This document shows, piece by piece, positions 47,201 to 54,923 of a DNA stretch of 56,592 nt. The stretch covers positions 1 through 56,592 of the IMG/VR virus record IMGVR_UViG_3300035666_000025. One strand, given 5' to 3'. Both the position numbers and the translations under genes were made by a program. The DNA is from a virus. Lineage: Duplodnaviria > Caudoviricetes. Below the pieces are notes generated by a model. That model saw nothing but the letters and a program-made list of their open reading frames with translations, had not been told where the DNA came from and searched no databases. Every line of letters starts with the position of its first letter. Position 1 is the stretch's first letter.

Positions 47201-49198
47201 CTTGAGGATGGAGCTTTCAGGCATGTCTGGCAACTCGTAAGGCTTGCCAGTGGTCTCCTGCGTGTAAGTGCTTGCGGCCTGACGAACAAAGTTCGCCGGG
47301 TCGCTCATCGCTTGCTTGACTGCCTCATCCGTAGTTGGTTGCGAAACATCGCTTCCAGTTCGTCCTGGGGCAACTGCTTCGTCCCGTACTCTTTCGACAA
47401 TGCCTCGACCCTCCCCTGCAGCCGCTTGAGAACGGCTAGGGCGGACTCGGTAGAACGGTCCTTCTGTGGTTGTTTCATAGGTGACTCCTTGGTCTGCCAT
47501 TGTGCTAGGCATAACTTGTCTTGGCGCTACCCCTTGTAGCGGTTTTGCCAACATTCCCTCGCCGCGCATCGCCTGATCAACGGGCCTTAACATTTCCTTA
47601 CCGGCAGTTTTTGCCGCTTGCCTGAGAGCGCCGGCAACACCCGTAGTCGGTGGCAGCATGGCCATTTGGGGCAAGAACGGTGGCAGCTTGAGGTCTGGTA
47701 TGTCCTCTAGCACGTTTGCGACTGCTTCAAGGTTCTCGATACCCTTCTCAGTCTGTGGCAAGCGAAGGTTCTCGGTAATGAATCCTTGCGCTGCTTCGCC
47801 AGCACGCTGGCGTGGTGTCGGATCTCTTGGGTCGCCGCTCTTGATCGCTTCCTTAACGAAGGTGCCAACGCCTACCGCGGGTGACGCTAAGGCACGGGCA
47901 ACGATAGGCGCACCAGTCAGCAGCACGTCCAGCCCGCCAGCAACTTGCGGTGCCACGCCCTCAATGTCTTGCAGGATGTTGCCTTGGCCATAGCCGGGTA
48001 GCGCACTGACGCCACGCTTGGGCGTCTTGCCCATGAACCTAGCCGTGGGGTCGCCACCGTCTTGCATGTGGACAGGGCCGCCTGCGGCCATCTCTGGCGT
48101 GCCATTGATCTCTAACATCTTGATGGATTCTTCTTCACCAGGGAAGACAACGAAGTTTGATGTGCCTTTGCCAGTGCCACGCGATCCTTGATCAAAATAA
48201 CGGATACCAGGAACGCCTAATTCCCTCATGTGCTCTGCAAATTCCTGCGGTTTAAGAGCGGCTCTTGCAATCTCAGATCCGAGCGGGTCTTTTTTCCCGT
48301 AAAGATCCATTGCCATATCACGAAGCGCATATTCGCTTTTATTAATAGCTTCCTGCACTGCTTTTGGCTGCTGACTTAGTGGCTTGTCCCAATCAAGCAT
48401 TTGGGCAATCTTTTCGTCGGGGATGTCTACTTTGTATAAAGCACCAAGATTTTTTTCGTATCCAAATTTAACGTCACGCCCAATTTCATCCAACCTTTTG
48501 AGCGCTTCAGGATTATTTTTTGCCGCTTGTTTAGCGTAATAAACTGTGTTGTGTGGAAACTGACCAGCATCACGCTTCCCTCGCTCAAGATACTTAAGAA
48601 CATCCAGATCTGTATCAGTAAGGTCTTGGCCCGCGATCTTGGTTTTTCCAAATTGCAAATAAGGCTGCTCAAAATTAGAAAGATCAGCTTGATATTTTTT
48701 TGCTACTTTAGGGTCCTCAGCAAAATACAGCCCATGACCAAAAGCCTGAGCGCCTTCGCCTGTGCCGATCTTGCTTGCATCAAACTTCTTGAACTTGTGC
48801 GGCGAACCATGGTAAGCAATCAGTTCTGCAATGCCTGGCACCTGCCCGACCTTAGACATCGCTGAAGCGTAAGCAAAGGGAGACAGTGCGCCAGCAATGT
48901 CGCCGAGCACGCTTGTAGCCTCACCTGTGCGGTAGGCTGAGGCAAGCCTCTCTGCTTGCGGGTCCATCACGCTGTAGCTTGGGTCCATCCCAAGATAGCC
49001 CTGAATAGCTTGGCGTGCAGGCTTGGCAGCAGCAAGCACTGCGGACTTGTCTACCTGCTCAGTGGCCCGCTTAACACCGGGTGGCAACTTACCGCCTTTA
49101 TCCATGTGGACGACACCGCCGTCCTTCAAGCCAAGCCGCTCACGCAGGCTAACCGTCCCGCCGTCCTTTAACCCAAGCCTTGCCCGTAAGTTGCTCAT
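44246..49198 (-). CDS. Polyvalent effector protein: ADP-ribosyltransferase-like domains plus HDxxGH zincin-like domain
   Basis: YHGSPH.F..FD..KIGTGEG.QAFG.GLYFAE; FRAVHDFFGH...GEE.AW; LHYS...RTYFY; FYHGT...RSRFAAFNP. Confidence 0.75.
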   Translation of the reverse strand: MSNLRARLGLKDGGTVSLRERLGLKDGGVVHMDKGGKLPPGVKRATEQVDKSAVLAAAKPARQAIQGYLGMDPSYSVMDPQAERLASAYRTGEATSVLGDIAGALSPFAYASAMSKVGQVPGIAELIAYHGSPHKFKKFDASKIGTGEGAQAFGHGLYFAEDPKVAKKYQADLSNFEQPYLQFGKTKIAGQDLTDTDLDVLKYLERGKRDAGQFPHNTVYYAKQAAKNNPEALKRLDEIGRDVKFGYEKNLGALYKVDIPDEKIAQMLDWDKPLSQQPKAVQEAINKSEYALRDMAMDLYGKKDPLGSEIARAALKPQEFAEHMRELGVPGIRYFDQGSRGTGKGTSNFVVFPGEEESIKMLEINGTPEMAAGGPVHMQDGGDPTARFMGKTPKRGVSALPGYGQGNILQDIEGVAPQVAGGLDVLLTGAPIVARALASPAVGVGTFVKEAIKSGDPRDPTPRQRAGEAAQGFITENLRLPQTEKGIENLEAVANVLEDIPDLKLPPFLPQMAMLPPTTGVAGALRQAAKTAGKEMLRPVDQAMRGEGMLAKPLQGVAPRQVMPSTMADQGVTYETTTEGPFYRVRPSRSQAAAGEGRGIVERVRDEAVAPGRTGSDVSQPTTDEAVKQAMSDPANFVRQAASTYTQETTGKPYELPDMPESSILKQAPIGRTFMLATTDDPGYKQEIFRQYATQMPEVIEQSGATNYDELLVAAYRQMAKETDEQFKRLPVSLSYHRAGEGNYRNSKQMLQDVYGNKHLYVFQGGDEHPFLKDVDPKTGLNENEKFRAVHDFFGHAIHGNEFGPKGEEIAWAAHSQMYSPLARLAMSTETRGQNSTVNYTPLNAALKRTINELQSLRYEANRRGQTEQVKQIDKDIAKAYETFQFAPQKPLLLPPEFLSTSYAGEMPDYLRPLIKPMEGTTVSTPMLHYSKQAGLTETDPSFYGTGIKGEEAARLGLHGAISPRTYFYAGQNMEPEVGLGPHKYRAMGENLYDLAADPLQLQMLARETTRIPMTSTSNKGLAQPAEATNALERLIRDYGYAGYLSPRLAKPSVVMFGKTPVQPYAKGGKVRFTGNPDVQAMVVRMSGGGDMPRSIMQAKGFGEGREDIEKALQAIKESAPVSAASQLASGYMSGAGGTDLEKIGQAVSMIPMIGLPATIGKASKLGKAVDVIGDVAQEASLANDYKAIPTAAFRREALARKAAEQERLRLQAPKEDAPQKTSVSVSEPAVKVEESPRVGNIASAKNFKAPQDKALLEAQRAAALPVEQGGLGLPPDNTPDVRAAAMGYQDFYHGTERLDRLLEKGALDPRRATSGPMPFGTESKQMASTYATSKRDTSRLAQDEGNVADYFTVSAKNLGYRSNQDIPVEKAFYFLPREKQQEIISKVKRIGYANPQEATGDLVLHPEGMGGSIMDPKTIDYYLQREAKGNPLTALRIMWHDSGTLYNNEEQLAKVFELAGFPFPISQKNAPWSSAQGVLTGKARLNNPLTTTDAEVIESRVIPALKQAFAKDRTRKQAYGPDQWAKNVRFTPKEWVAELEKDMAEGKNSYVWTSIPDKVTAELRKLGFDGIVDAGGKGGGAQHRVVIPFDTKQVRSRFAAFNPLKKDEPGLLKAKGGTVRFTDNPDVQAMVVKMAKELPKAVNKGKKYA

Positions 49199-49237
49199 GC
49201 TAGCCCCTTGTGTTGTGCGGATGATACTGCTTTCAGG

Positions 49238-50668
49238 TTAAGCCGCATAGGGATTGGTCTTCGTGATGCCAGCGTCGATCAGGTCTTCCTCGTCGTACTC
49301 GTCGGGCGGTGGCGGGTCGATACTCAGCCAGCCAGCATCGCGCAGGTATCTCAGGGCCTGGCTGAAGGCGTCAACGAAATCGTCGTGCGTGGTCTGCGGG
49401 AAGCTGCAGATCTGCGTGATCATGGCCTCAGCCCAGTCGCGGACAAAGCCAGCATTGACGCTCGACTCGGGCACATACACCCTTCCTGCTTTCACGACGT
49501 TGGCCACAATGCTCAGGCGCTGGATCTTGTCGGCGTTGCCAGGGTTGTACTTGCGCACCGGGATGTGAGCACGCTGCAGGTCCTGGATGAGCACGATGCC
49601 CGCGGCCTTGTCCTCGACCAGCACCAGGTCAACACGCTTGGCGTCCTTGCCCTCACCAAACACGATCTCGTACTCGTCTAATACTTTAGGCTTAAGGTCC
49701 GGATACTGCAGCCGGTCTTGCCAGGCATCGATGATCAGCACGCGCATGCCGCCGTCTTCTGGCTTGTACACGCCAAAGGTAATGCAGGCTGTGGGGTCGT
49801 TGACCGTCTTCTCCGTGAAGGCACAGTCGTAGGATTGGATGATGTACTCAAGCTTGGGCAGCGGCTTGTCTGCCGGCCAGAGCTTGAACCAATCCCTGCG
49901 GACAATGCCGCCCTCCTCGGGGTCGATGATCTCAGCGTAGATCTCCTGCCTGCCCAGGTTCGTGCCCTCGTACTGCAGGATCTGCCGCTTGAAGTTGTCG
50001 GACAGGTTCTCAAGGTTCGTGTAGGTGCTGGCCGTGGTCAGCGTTACATCGTCACCCTCGCGGCCAATCAGATCTAGGATCAAGTCACGAGGCTTTGGCG
50101 TGGTCGTGCAGATCAGCCTGGTCTTCATATCAGGCAGCTTCAAGCGCATGCCAAACTGGATCTGGTCCCAGGCTTCCTGGATGTACTCCCATGCTGCCAA
50201 CTCGTCGAGCCAGCCGCCATGGAACTGCGGGCCGCGGAAGCGCTCGGGTTCGCTAGCGGGTATGCCCTTGATCAAGCTGCCGTTGGTAAGCCTGAGTTCA
50301 TGCAAGGCTTTATTGTAGTCGGCTATCAGGACTGACGGAATGACCTGCAGGAGGCCCGAGTCACCCTCGAAGCATGTAGACCTCACGTCACTGCTCGTTG
50401 GAGCCGCTACGAGCCATCTCGTGGCTTTGTGGGTCCATGCCCACCAGGCGATCTGCTCTGCTGCCGTTCTTGTCTTGCCGGCACCGCGGCCTGCAAGCAT
50501 GAGCCAGATCGACCACCAATCACCTGTCGGTAGGATCTGGTGCTTGAGCGCTCGCGTGAGCCACATCATGCGCCAGGCCCAAGCTGCAGCCTGGTCAGCA
50601 GGTAGGCGCGTGTACTCTGCCCGTACCTGCGGGTCTCTCAGCAACTGCTCGAGGTCACTTGTCCCCAA
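49238..50668 (-). CDS. terL: Terminase large subunit
   Basis: AGRGAGKT Walker A, WLDE Walker B, QSYD, VEDKAAG, HDDFVDA. Confidence 0.95.
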   Translation of the reverse strand: MGTSDLEQLLRDPQVRAEYTRLPADQAAAWAWRMMWLTRALKHQILPTGDWWSIWLMLAGRGAGKTRTAAEQIAWWAWTHKATRWLVAAPTSSDVRSTCFEGDSGLLQVIPSVLIADYNKALHELRLTNGSLIKGIPASEPERFRGPQFHGGWLDELAAWEYIQEAWDQIQFGMRLKLPDMKTRLICTTTPKPRDLILDLIGREGDDVTLTTASTYTNLENLSDNFKRQILQYEGTNLGRQEIYAEIIDPEEGGIVRRDWFKLWPADKPLPKLEYIIQSYDCAFTEKTVNDPTACITFGVYKPEDGGMRVLIIDAWQDRLQYPDLKPKVLDEYEIVFGEGKDAKRVDLVLVEDKAAGIVLIQDLQRAHIPVRKYNPGNADKIQRLSIVANVVKAGRVYVPESSVNAGFVRDWAEAMITQICSFPQTTHDDFVDAFSQALRYLRDAGWLSIDPPPPDEYDEEDLIDAGITKTNPYAA

Positions 50669-51200
50669 GTTGCCTCTTCGCCTCGAGGTTCTTCAGCATG
50701 GCGTCGAAGATCGATACGTCAGCCTTAACCTCGAGCGGGTTGTCAGCGTCGCCCGCCATGGTCACGCGGTCACCGTACTTCTTGGGGTTCCATTTGGCCA
50801 GCAGCTTGAGCCTGGTCTCGATCTGAAGCTTGCGGTGGCCAAGCATGTCCTCAGTCGTTACTGATACGCCATCTTCGTGCTCGATTCGCTTCTTGCCAAA
50901 GTTTGGCGTGTCGGCAATCTCAAGGCATTCCTCAGCCATTTTGTCGTAGCCAATTTCCCGTGCTCGCGCGATGGCTGCGGAAAGACCGGCGCTCGCCGCC
51001 CCAGAAACATCATCCTGGTACATCCAATCGTAAATGGTTCGCCAGGCTGGCATACCCTCTTGTCTGCATATCTCTCTTAGTGGAATACCTTCACTTAGCT
51101 GCTCTACGATCTTGGTGGCTATCTCAGGTGTGTACTTGCTTGGCCGGCCTGTTTTGCGCGGCGCAGCATCATCTTTGGGTTTTGCGGTCTTGGCCATCAC
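50655..51200 (-). CDS. terS: Terminase small subunit (Sf6-like)
   Basis: GRPSKYT..I...I...L.EG..LR.IC...MP...T...W; KL.IETR...LAKW.PKKYG. Confidence 0.9.
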   Translation of the reverse strand: MMAKTAKPKDDAAPRKTGRPSKYTPEIATKIVEQLSEGIPLREICRQEGMPAWRTIYDWMYQDDVSGAASAGLSAAIARAREIGYDKMAEECLEIADTPNFGKKRIEHEDGVSVTTEDMLGHRKLQIETRLKLLAKWNPKKYGDRVTMAGDADNPLEVKADVSIFDAMLKNLEAKRQLGDK

Positions 51201-51448
51201 AATCTCTCAGTGACTTGTTTGGCCGGATCTTGCCACTCTGTTTGTTGCGAGACAAGCCTCCCTAGTGTTTCGCGGATTACGGGCTGCATGCGCAGTGCCG
51301 TCTTGTATCCGGGATTGGCTATGCCCTTCTCCAGGCGATGCAGCGTTGGTCGTGATGTGCCTACCAACTCAGCGAACTGTTCTTGGTTGAGGTTTAGCGC
51401 GGCGCGGGTTGCTCTTACTGATGCGGCGAACTGTTCAAGCGTTTGCAT
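51197..51448 (-). CDS. XRE-family HTH transcriptional regulator
   Basis: R..LNLNQEQFAELVGTSRPTLHRLEKG..NP. Confidence 0.85.
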   Translation of the reverse strand: MQTLEQFAASVRATRAALNLNQEQFAELVGTSRPTLHRLEKGIANPGYKTALRMQPVIRETLGRLVSQQTEWQDPAKQVTERL

Positions 51449-51497
51449 GCGTGATCATCATGAGTTGCAACTGCTTGATTTTACTATGCTTTAGCAC

Positions 51498-51525
51498 AAA
51501 AAGAAACCCCGCCATTGCGGCGGGG
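51498..51525 (-). terminator. Rho-independent terminator
   Basis: CCCCGCC-GCAAT-GGCGGGG followed by TTTCTTTTT on minus strand. Confidence 0.8.
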
Positions 51526-51565
51526 AAAATCGTCGGGAAGATTCAACAGGAGACTCACACATGGA

Positions 51566-51661
51566 CTACTCTTCTGAGTCTAAGTCCTCTTCCTGTTCTG
51601 CGTCAAGCCGCTCTTGGTCATATTCCCAAAGCTGCCGATCAAGCCACCAGTCATAGTTCAT
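51566..51661 (-). CDS. Very acidic 31-aa peptide (not in ORF track)
   Basis: MNYDWWLDRQLWEYDQERLDAEQEEDLDSEE*; RBS TAAGGAG. Confidence 0.6.
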   Translation of the reverse strand: MNYDWWLDRQLWEYDQERLDAEQEEDLDSEE

Positions 51662-51833
51662 CTTGAGTCTCCTTAATGTATTCGCCAATCGCCTGGTGCA
51701 GTTCACGAAGCTGCTCTTGGTTGAGGTGAACGCTGGCGTGTGCGCCTACCTTCCAAATCGAGAGCCACAAACCTCCCTCGTATTCGCTCAGGTTGATCTT
51801 GTCGTAGTTTTCTGTCTTGATGCTGTGTTCCAT
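51651..51833 (-). CDS. Hypothetical protein
   Basis: RBS GGAG; preceded by GGGGC-TACG-GCCCC hairpin (51850-51863). Confidence 0.75.
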   Translation of the reverse strand: MEHSIKTENYDKINLSEYEGGLWLSIWKVGAHASVHLNQEQLRELHQAIGEYIKETQDEL

Positions 51834-51868
51834 GATGTTCTCCGTGTAAGGGGCCGTAGCCCCAGGTT

Positions 51869-52129
51869 TTAGTAGTTAACGATTGCATCCCAGCCATCTT
51901 GCGTCATGCGCACACAAGAATCTGCGCCGCGACCCCAGTGAATGACGAGGCCTGCATTGATCAAAGTGGTAAGGGTTCCCTTGTCTGATGCGTTTCTGAC
52001 AACTTCGCTGGTCCAGATCTCGCGGATGTCGGAAAAGTCTTCAGGCATTCTGCCGTTCAAAGGTTGATGCTCGTTGCACATAATGTTCTTGAGCATTTGA
52101 GCCTGGCCTGCTGTGAGTGTTGCATTCAT
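51869..52129 (-). CDS. Hypothetical protein (winged-helix-like)
   Basis: GTLTTLINAGLV...MT.DGW; RBS GGAG. Confidence 0.75.
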   Translation of the reverse strand: MNATLTAGQAQMLKNIMCNEHQPLNGRMPEDFSDIREIWTSEVVRNASDKGTLTTLINAGLVIHWGRGADSCVRMTQDGWDAIVNY

Positions 52130-52230
52130 TTGGTTTCTCCGTGTTGGTTACGCTGTTTGGTTACTACAGGCTCAATCGTAAACGCTTTTAGTCCACTTGT
52201 GTGGGTGTGCGCCATCCGTCCGACAAGTGG
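52130..52230 (-). promoter_or_regulatory. Early promoter/leader cassette B
   Basis: ACAAGTGGACTAAA at 52187-52200 (-), -10 TACGAT, leader matches cassette A; inverted ACAAGTGG at 52223-52230. Confidence 0.65.
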
Positions 52231-52514
52231 TCATGATGCGCGACTAAACGGCGGGTAACGTGTAGCAACTCGGCCTCATCGACCTGGTAATGCTTGGTGA
52301 AAGCCTTCACACCCATGCCGTGGATGCCCGTGTTACCGCGGTGGTGTTCTGGGCATAGTGGTATGGCGTGGTAATGGCTCGCCTTCTGGCCCATGCCCGT
52401 GCCCTTGCGCGGGTGATGGATCTCTGCCGGCGTACCAGGCGTGCCCTGCAGGTGGCAAAGCACGCAGCCAATAGCCGAGAGCTTATCGAGGTGTTTCTTC
52501 TCGTCTGCCGTCAT
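52188..52514 (-). CDS. Ref-like/DUF968 HNH-type nuclease
   Basis: GCVLC...AEIHH...AIPLCPEHH....GIH. Confidence 0.8.
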   Translation of the reverse strand: MTADEKKHLDKLSAIGCVLCHLQGTPGTPAEIHHPRKGTGMGQKASHYHAIPLCPEHHRGNTGIHGMGVKAFTKHYQVDEAELLHVTRRLVAHHDHLSDGWRTPTQVD

Positions 52515-52675
52515 TTGCGCCCACCTATGCCTGCAGCGTAACGCAGGCCTGCAGCGAACCCCTCGCCCCAGCCAGCCTTGTAAACGACCTGGCTCCAGCC
52601 ATGATCATCTTCAATCGCTGCAGATCCGAGAAACTCAGACATGCGCTGCAGCATGGTTTCCCTCATGAAGTTCAT
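52511..52675 (-). CDS. Hypothetical protein
   Basis: YKAGW.EGF.AG motif; ATGA overlap with downstream gene. Confidence 0.55.
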   Translation of the reverse strand: MNFMRETMLQRMSEFLGSAAIEDDHGWSQVVYKAGWGEGFAAGLRYAAGIGGRK

Positions 52676-52680
52676 GCCGT

Positions 52681-53022
52681 CTAAATGGTCGCTCTCCCCT
52701 CCGCTCTCAGGTTGGCTTGTTGCGTGCGGTAGATCTCGATCCTTGCCTGTGCTGCTATCAGATCCCATCTCAATTTCTCCTCAATTTGAACTGCTTGTTT
52801 AATTGCTAAAAGCAATTCTTGATATTCAGGGTGGGCGTAAGCCTCCCTTTCTTGAGCGCCAAGTGCGGCCTCAATTGATTGCTTCATCAAAATCGCCTTC
52901 TTGCTCTTACGAAATTCCTCAAGGTAAACGCGCTGCGCCTTGGCGTCAGCAAATTGCGACGCATGCTTGATGATGTAGTCAACCGCGGCATGCGGATCGC
53001 GGTTAGGTTTGTCAGTTTCCAT
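52681..53022 (-). CDS. Conserved helical protein (possibly UvsY-like)
   Basis: AKA.RVYLEEFRKSKKA.LM...QEREAYAHPEY. Confidence 0.75.
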   Translation of the reverse strand: METDKPNRDPHAAVDYIIKHASQFADAKAQRVYLEEFRKSKKAILMKQSIEAALGAQEREAYAHPEYQELLLAIKQAVQIEEKLRWDLIAAQARIEIYRTQQANLRAEGRATI

Positions 53023-53227
53023 CAGTGCCCCTCCAAGGTCCGCCATAAGCGCTTGAAATCCAAAATCCTGCGTGGTTGATACTCATCCCCATCCCTTCCA
53101 TTTCATCGCGTGTTTTGCACCTACGGCTCACCCCAAAATCGCCTGTGCGGTGCTTATCAAAGGCAAAGGTCGAATTGAAATACTCCTTGCACCCCTGACA
53201 CTGGTTCCTGTCACCCGTTAATTTCAT
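53012..53227 (-). CDS. FDxHR zinc-binding protein
   Basis: CQGC.EYFNS..AFDKHR.G....RRC. Confidence 0.75.
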   Translation of the reverse strand: MKLTGDRNQCQGCKEYFNSTFAFDKHRTGDFGVSRRCKTRDEMEGMGMSINHAGFWISSAYGGPWRGTDGN

Positions 53228-53384
53228 GTTCACCCCTATGTTCGCCCCTGTTCGCCCCTGTTCGCCCCCCGTTCACCCCTGTTCTCCCCTATGTCCACCC
53301 TTCTGTCCACCCTGCTTTTGCCCCTAAATTCGCCGTTTGTTCGCCCCTAGTGTTCGCCCCCTGTTCGCCCCTGGTGTACACCCT
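53227..53384. repeat. Array of about 12 degenerate 10-bp repeats TGTTCRCCCC
   Basis: Copies at 53227, 53239, 53249, 53259, 53270, 53280, 53292, 53304, 53338, 53351, 53362, 53375. Confidence 0.9.
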
Positions 53385-53792
53385 CACCTTCACCATGCCG
53401 GCAATCGTTGCCTTGTAAATCCTCAGATCCTCGATCTGACTGTCGTCCTCCCACACCCCTGCATGCGTCAGTGAGTCCAACAGCGACTTCAGCACGTTGT
53501 CCAGATCCCGCTTCCTCTTGTCTGGCGGGAAGGCCTCGATCTCTACGCGTAAAGGTCCAGCCTGCTTGAGATACTGCTGCTTCATCGCGGCTTCCATCAC
53601 TAGCTCGTTTGCCACCTTGCGGTAGATCTTGCCCACTCCTGAAACGTACACGGTGGCGAGCCTGCCAACCACTTTGTGCCGCCAGTAGGTGTTTATGGTT
53701 GGTGGCCATGGCAGCGTGACCTCAAAAATCGGCGTCGAATCGGTAGGGGTTTGCACCGGCTTGCTCCAAAAATTGTTGTGAATTGCGATCAA
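53289..53792 (-). CDS. rusA: RusA Holliday junction resolvase
   Basis: LPWPPTIN.YWR, PPDKRKRDLDN..K.L.D.L..AGVW.DDSQI; true start probably downstream of 53792. Confidence 0.9.
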   Translation of the reverse strand: MIAIHNNFWSKPVQTPTDSTPIFEVTLPWPPTINTYWRHKVVGRLATVYVSGVGKIYRKVANELVMEAAMKQQYLKQAGPLRVEIEAFPPDKRKRDLDNVLKSLLDSLTHAGVWEDDSQIEDLRIYKATIAGMVKVRVYTRGEQGANTRGEQTANLGAKAGWTEGWT

Positions 53793-54630
53793 ACCAAAGT
53801 CTTAACCGCGGCTCATGTTCGCCATTTCTTTGCTTCTCACACAGCAGCATCGCATCGGGTTCATCGATGTCTACCATTTGACCGGCCTCGAGCAGCCGCT
53901 CTTTTTTCTTGTTTCGCCACATCATGAACACGTTATCGACCTGGTCAGCGATGCTGCCGCTGCCCTTCATGTCCACCTTCTGGGGCATCGCTTCATCCGT
54001 TGAGCCTTTGCGTATGTGGTGGACAAGATGGACGTGCAAGCCGGTATCTCTGGCCAAGTTTGTGCAATCGCTCACGAAGTCTTTCTGGCTGTTGTAATCG
54101 TCTTCGCCCTTAACGCACTTCATGAGCGAGTCAATGAAATAGTCATGCACCTGGAAATTGGTTGCAGCGTAGTGGCCAACGCCGATGACTTGCTGCCGGG
54201 TGCTCTCACCCTGCTTGTCGTAAAACCAAAGCCGGTTACCAACCCAGCGGGCAAAGTCTTCGTAATGCTCAACGCCAGGGAATTGCGTGCCAGAAAACTG
54301 GCGGACCATGCGCTGCAGCGTTGTGGTCGGTTTCATTTCAAAGCTTGCAATCAACACGTTGCGCTTTTGGGCTAGCAGTTGCAACGCAATCATGCCAGTG
54401 ATCAAGCTTTTGCCTGAGCCGTTCTGGCCAGCATAGACCGTGACTTCACTAGAGCGAAACGAGAACCGTTCCCTGAGCTTGCCCCAAGGCATAACCACGG
54501 GCGGCTCCGGCGTGGCCCTGAGCATGTCAATCGCTTGCTCGATGATGTCCTTGGCTGGCCGTAGCATGACCGAGGCTTCCATTTGCTCATACCAGATTTG
54601 AAAATCAACGTCGTTAGGTATCGTGTTCAT
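53722..54630 (-). CDS. SF4 replicative helicase (DnaB/T7 gp4-like, no primase domain)
   Basis: AGQNGSGKS, SFEM, IDSL, LVHHIRK, KGSGSIAD..D, KQRNG. Confidence 0.9.
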   Translation of the reverse strand: MNTIPNDVDFQIWYEQMEASVMLRPAKDIIEQAIDMLRATPEPPVVMPWGKLRERFSFRSSEVTVYAGQNGSGKSLITGMIALQLLAQKRNVLIASFEMKPTTTLQRMVRQFSGTQFPGVEHYEDFARWVGNRLWFYDKQGESTRQQVIGVGHYAATNFQVHDYFIDSLMKCVKGEDDYNSQKDFVSDCTNLARDTGLHVHLVHHIRKGSTDEAMPQKVDMKGSGSIADQVDNVFMMWRNKKKERLLEAGQMVDIDEPDAMLLCEKQRNGEHEPRLRLWFDRNSQQFLEQAGANPYRFDADF

Positions 54631-54923
54631 GCGTCAATCTCCGAATCCCATAGAAGGCCTGGAGTCGTTTCGCGGTAGTGAGCGAATATCCTGGCAGCAC
54701 CAAATCGTTTTAATGCCTCTACGGCCCTAAAAACGGCCTCAGAATCGATTCCTGTGACGTGGACTACCAAACCCCTGGCCCAACGGTAGTCGCGATCAGT
54801 AGGGCTAGCAACGACAACAGGGATCGGCAGCGATGGATCAGGCTTGCCGTCAAACTCCACAAAAACGGCGCGGGGCCGGTTAGAGGAAAGCTGGCAAGCA
54901 ATCACAAATTCGTGCCCCCTCAT
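54627..54923 (-). CDS. Hypothetical protein
   Basis: ATGA-coupled between initiator and helicase. Confidence 0.7.
   Translation of the reverse strand: MRGHEFVIACQLSSNRPRAVFVEFDGKPDPSLPIPVVVASPTDRDYRWARGLVVHVTGIDSEAVFRAVEALKRFGAARIFAHYRETTPGLLWDSEIDA

Noticed and set aside
53227-53384. Possible CRISPR array
   Set aside because: Units are 10 bp and nearly adjacent, with no unique spacers and no cas operon
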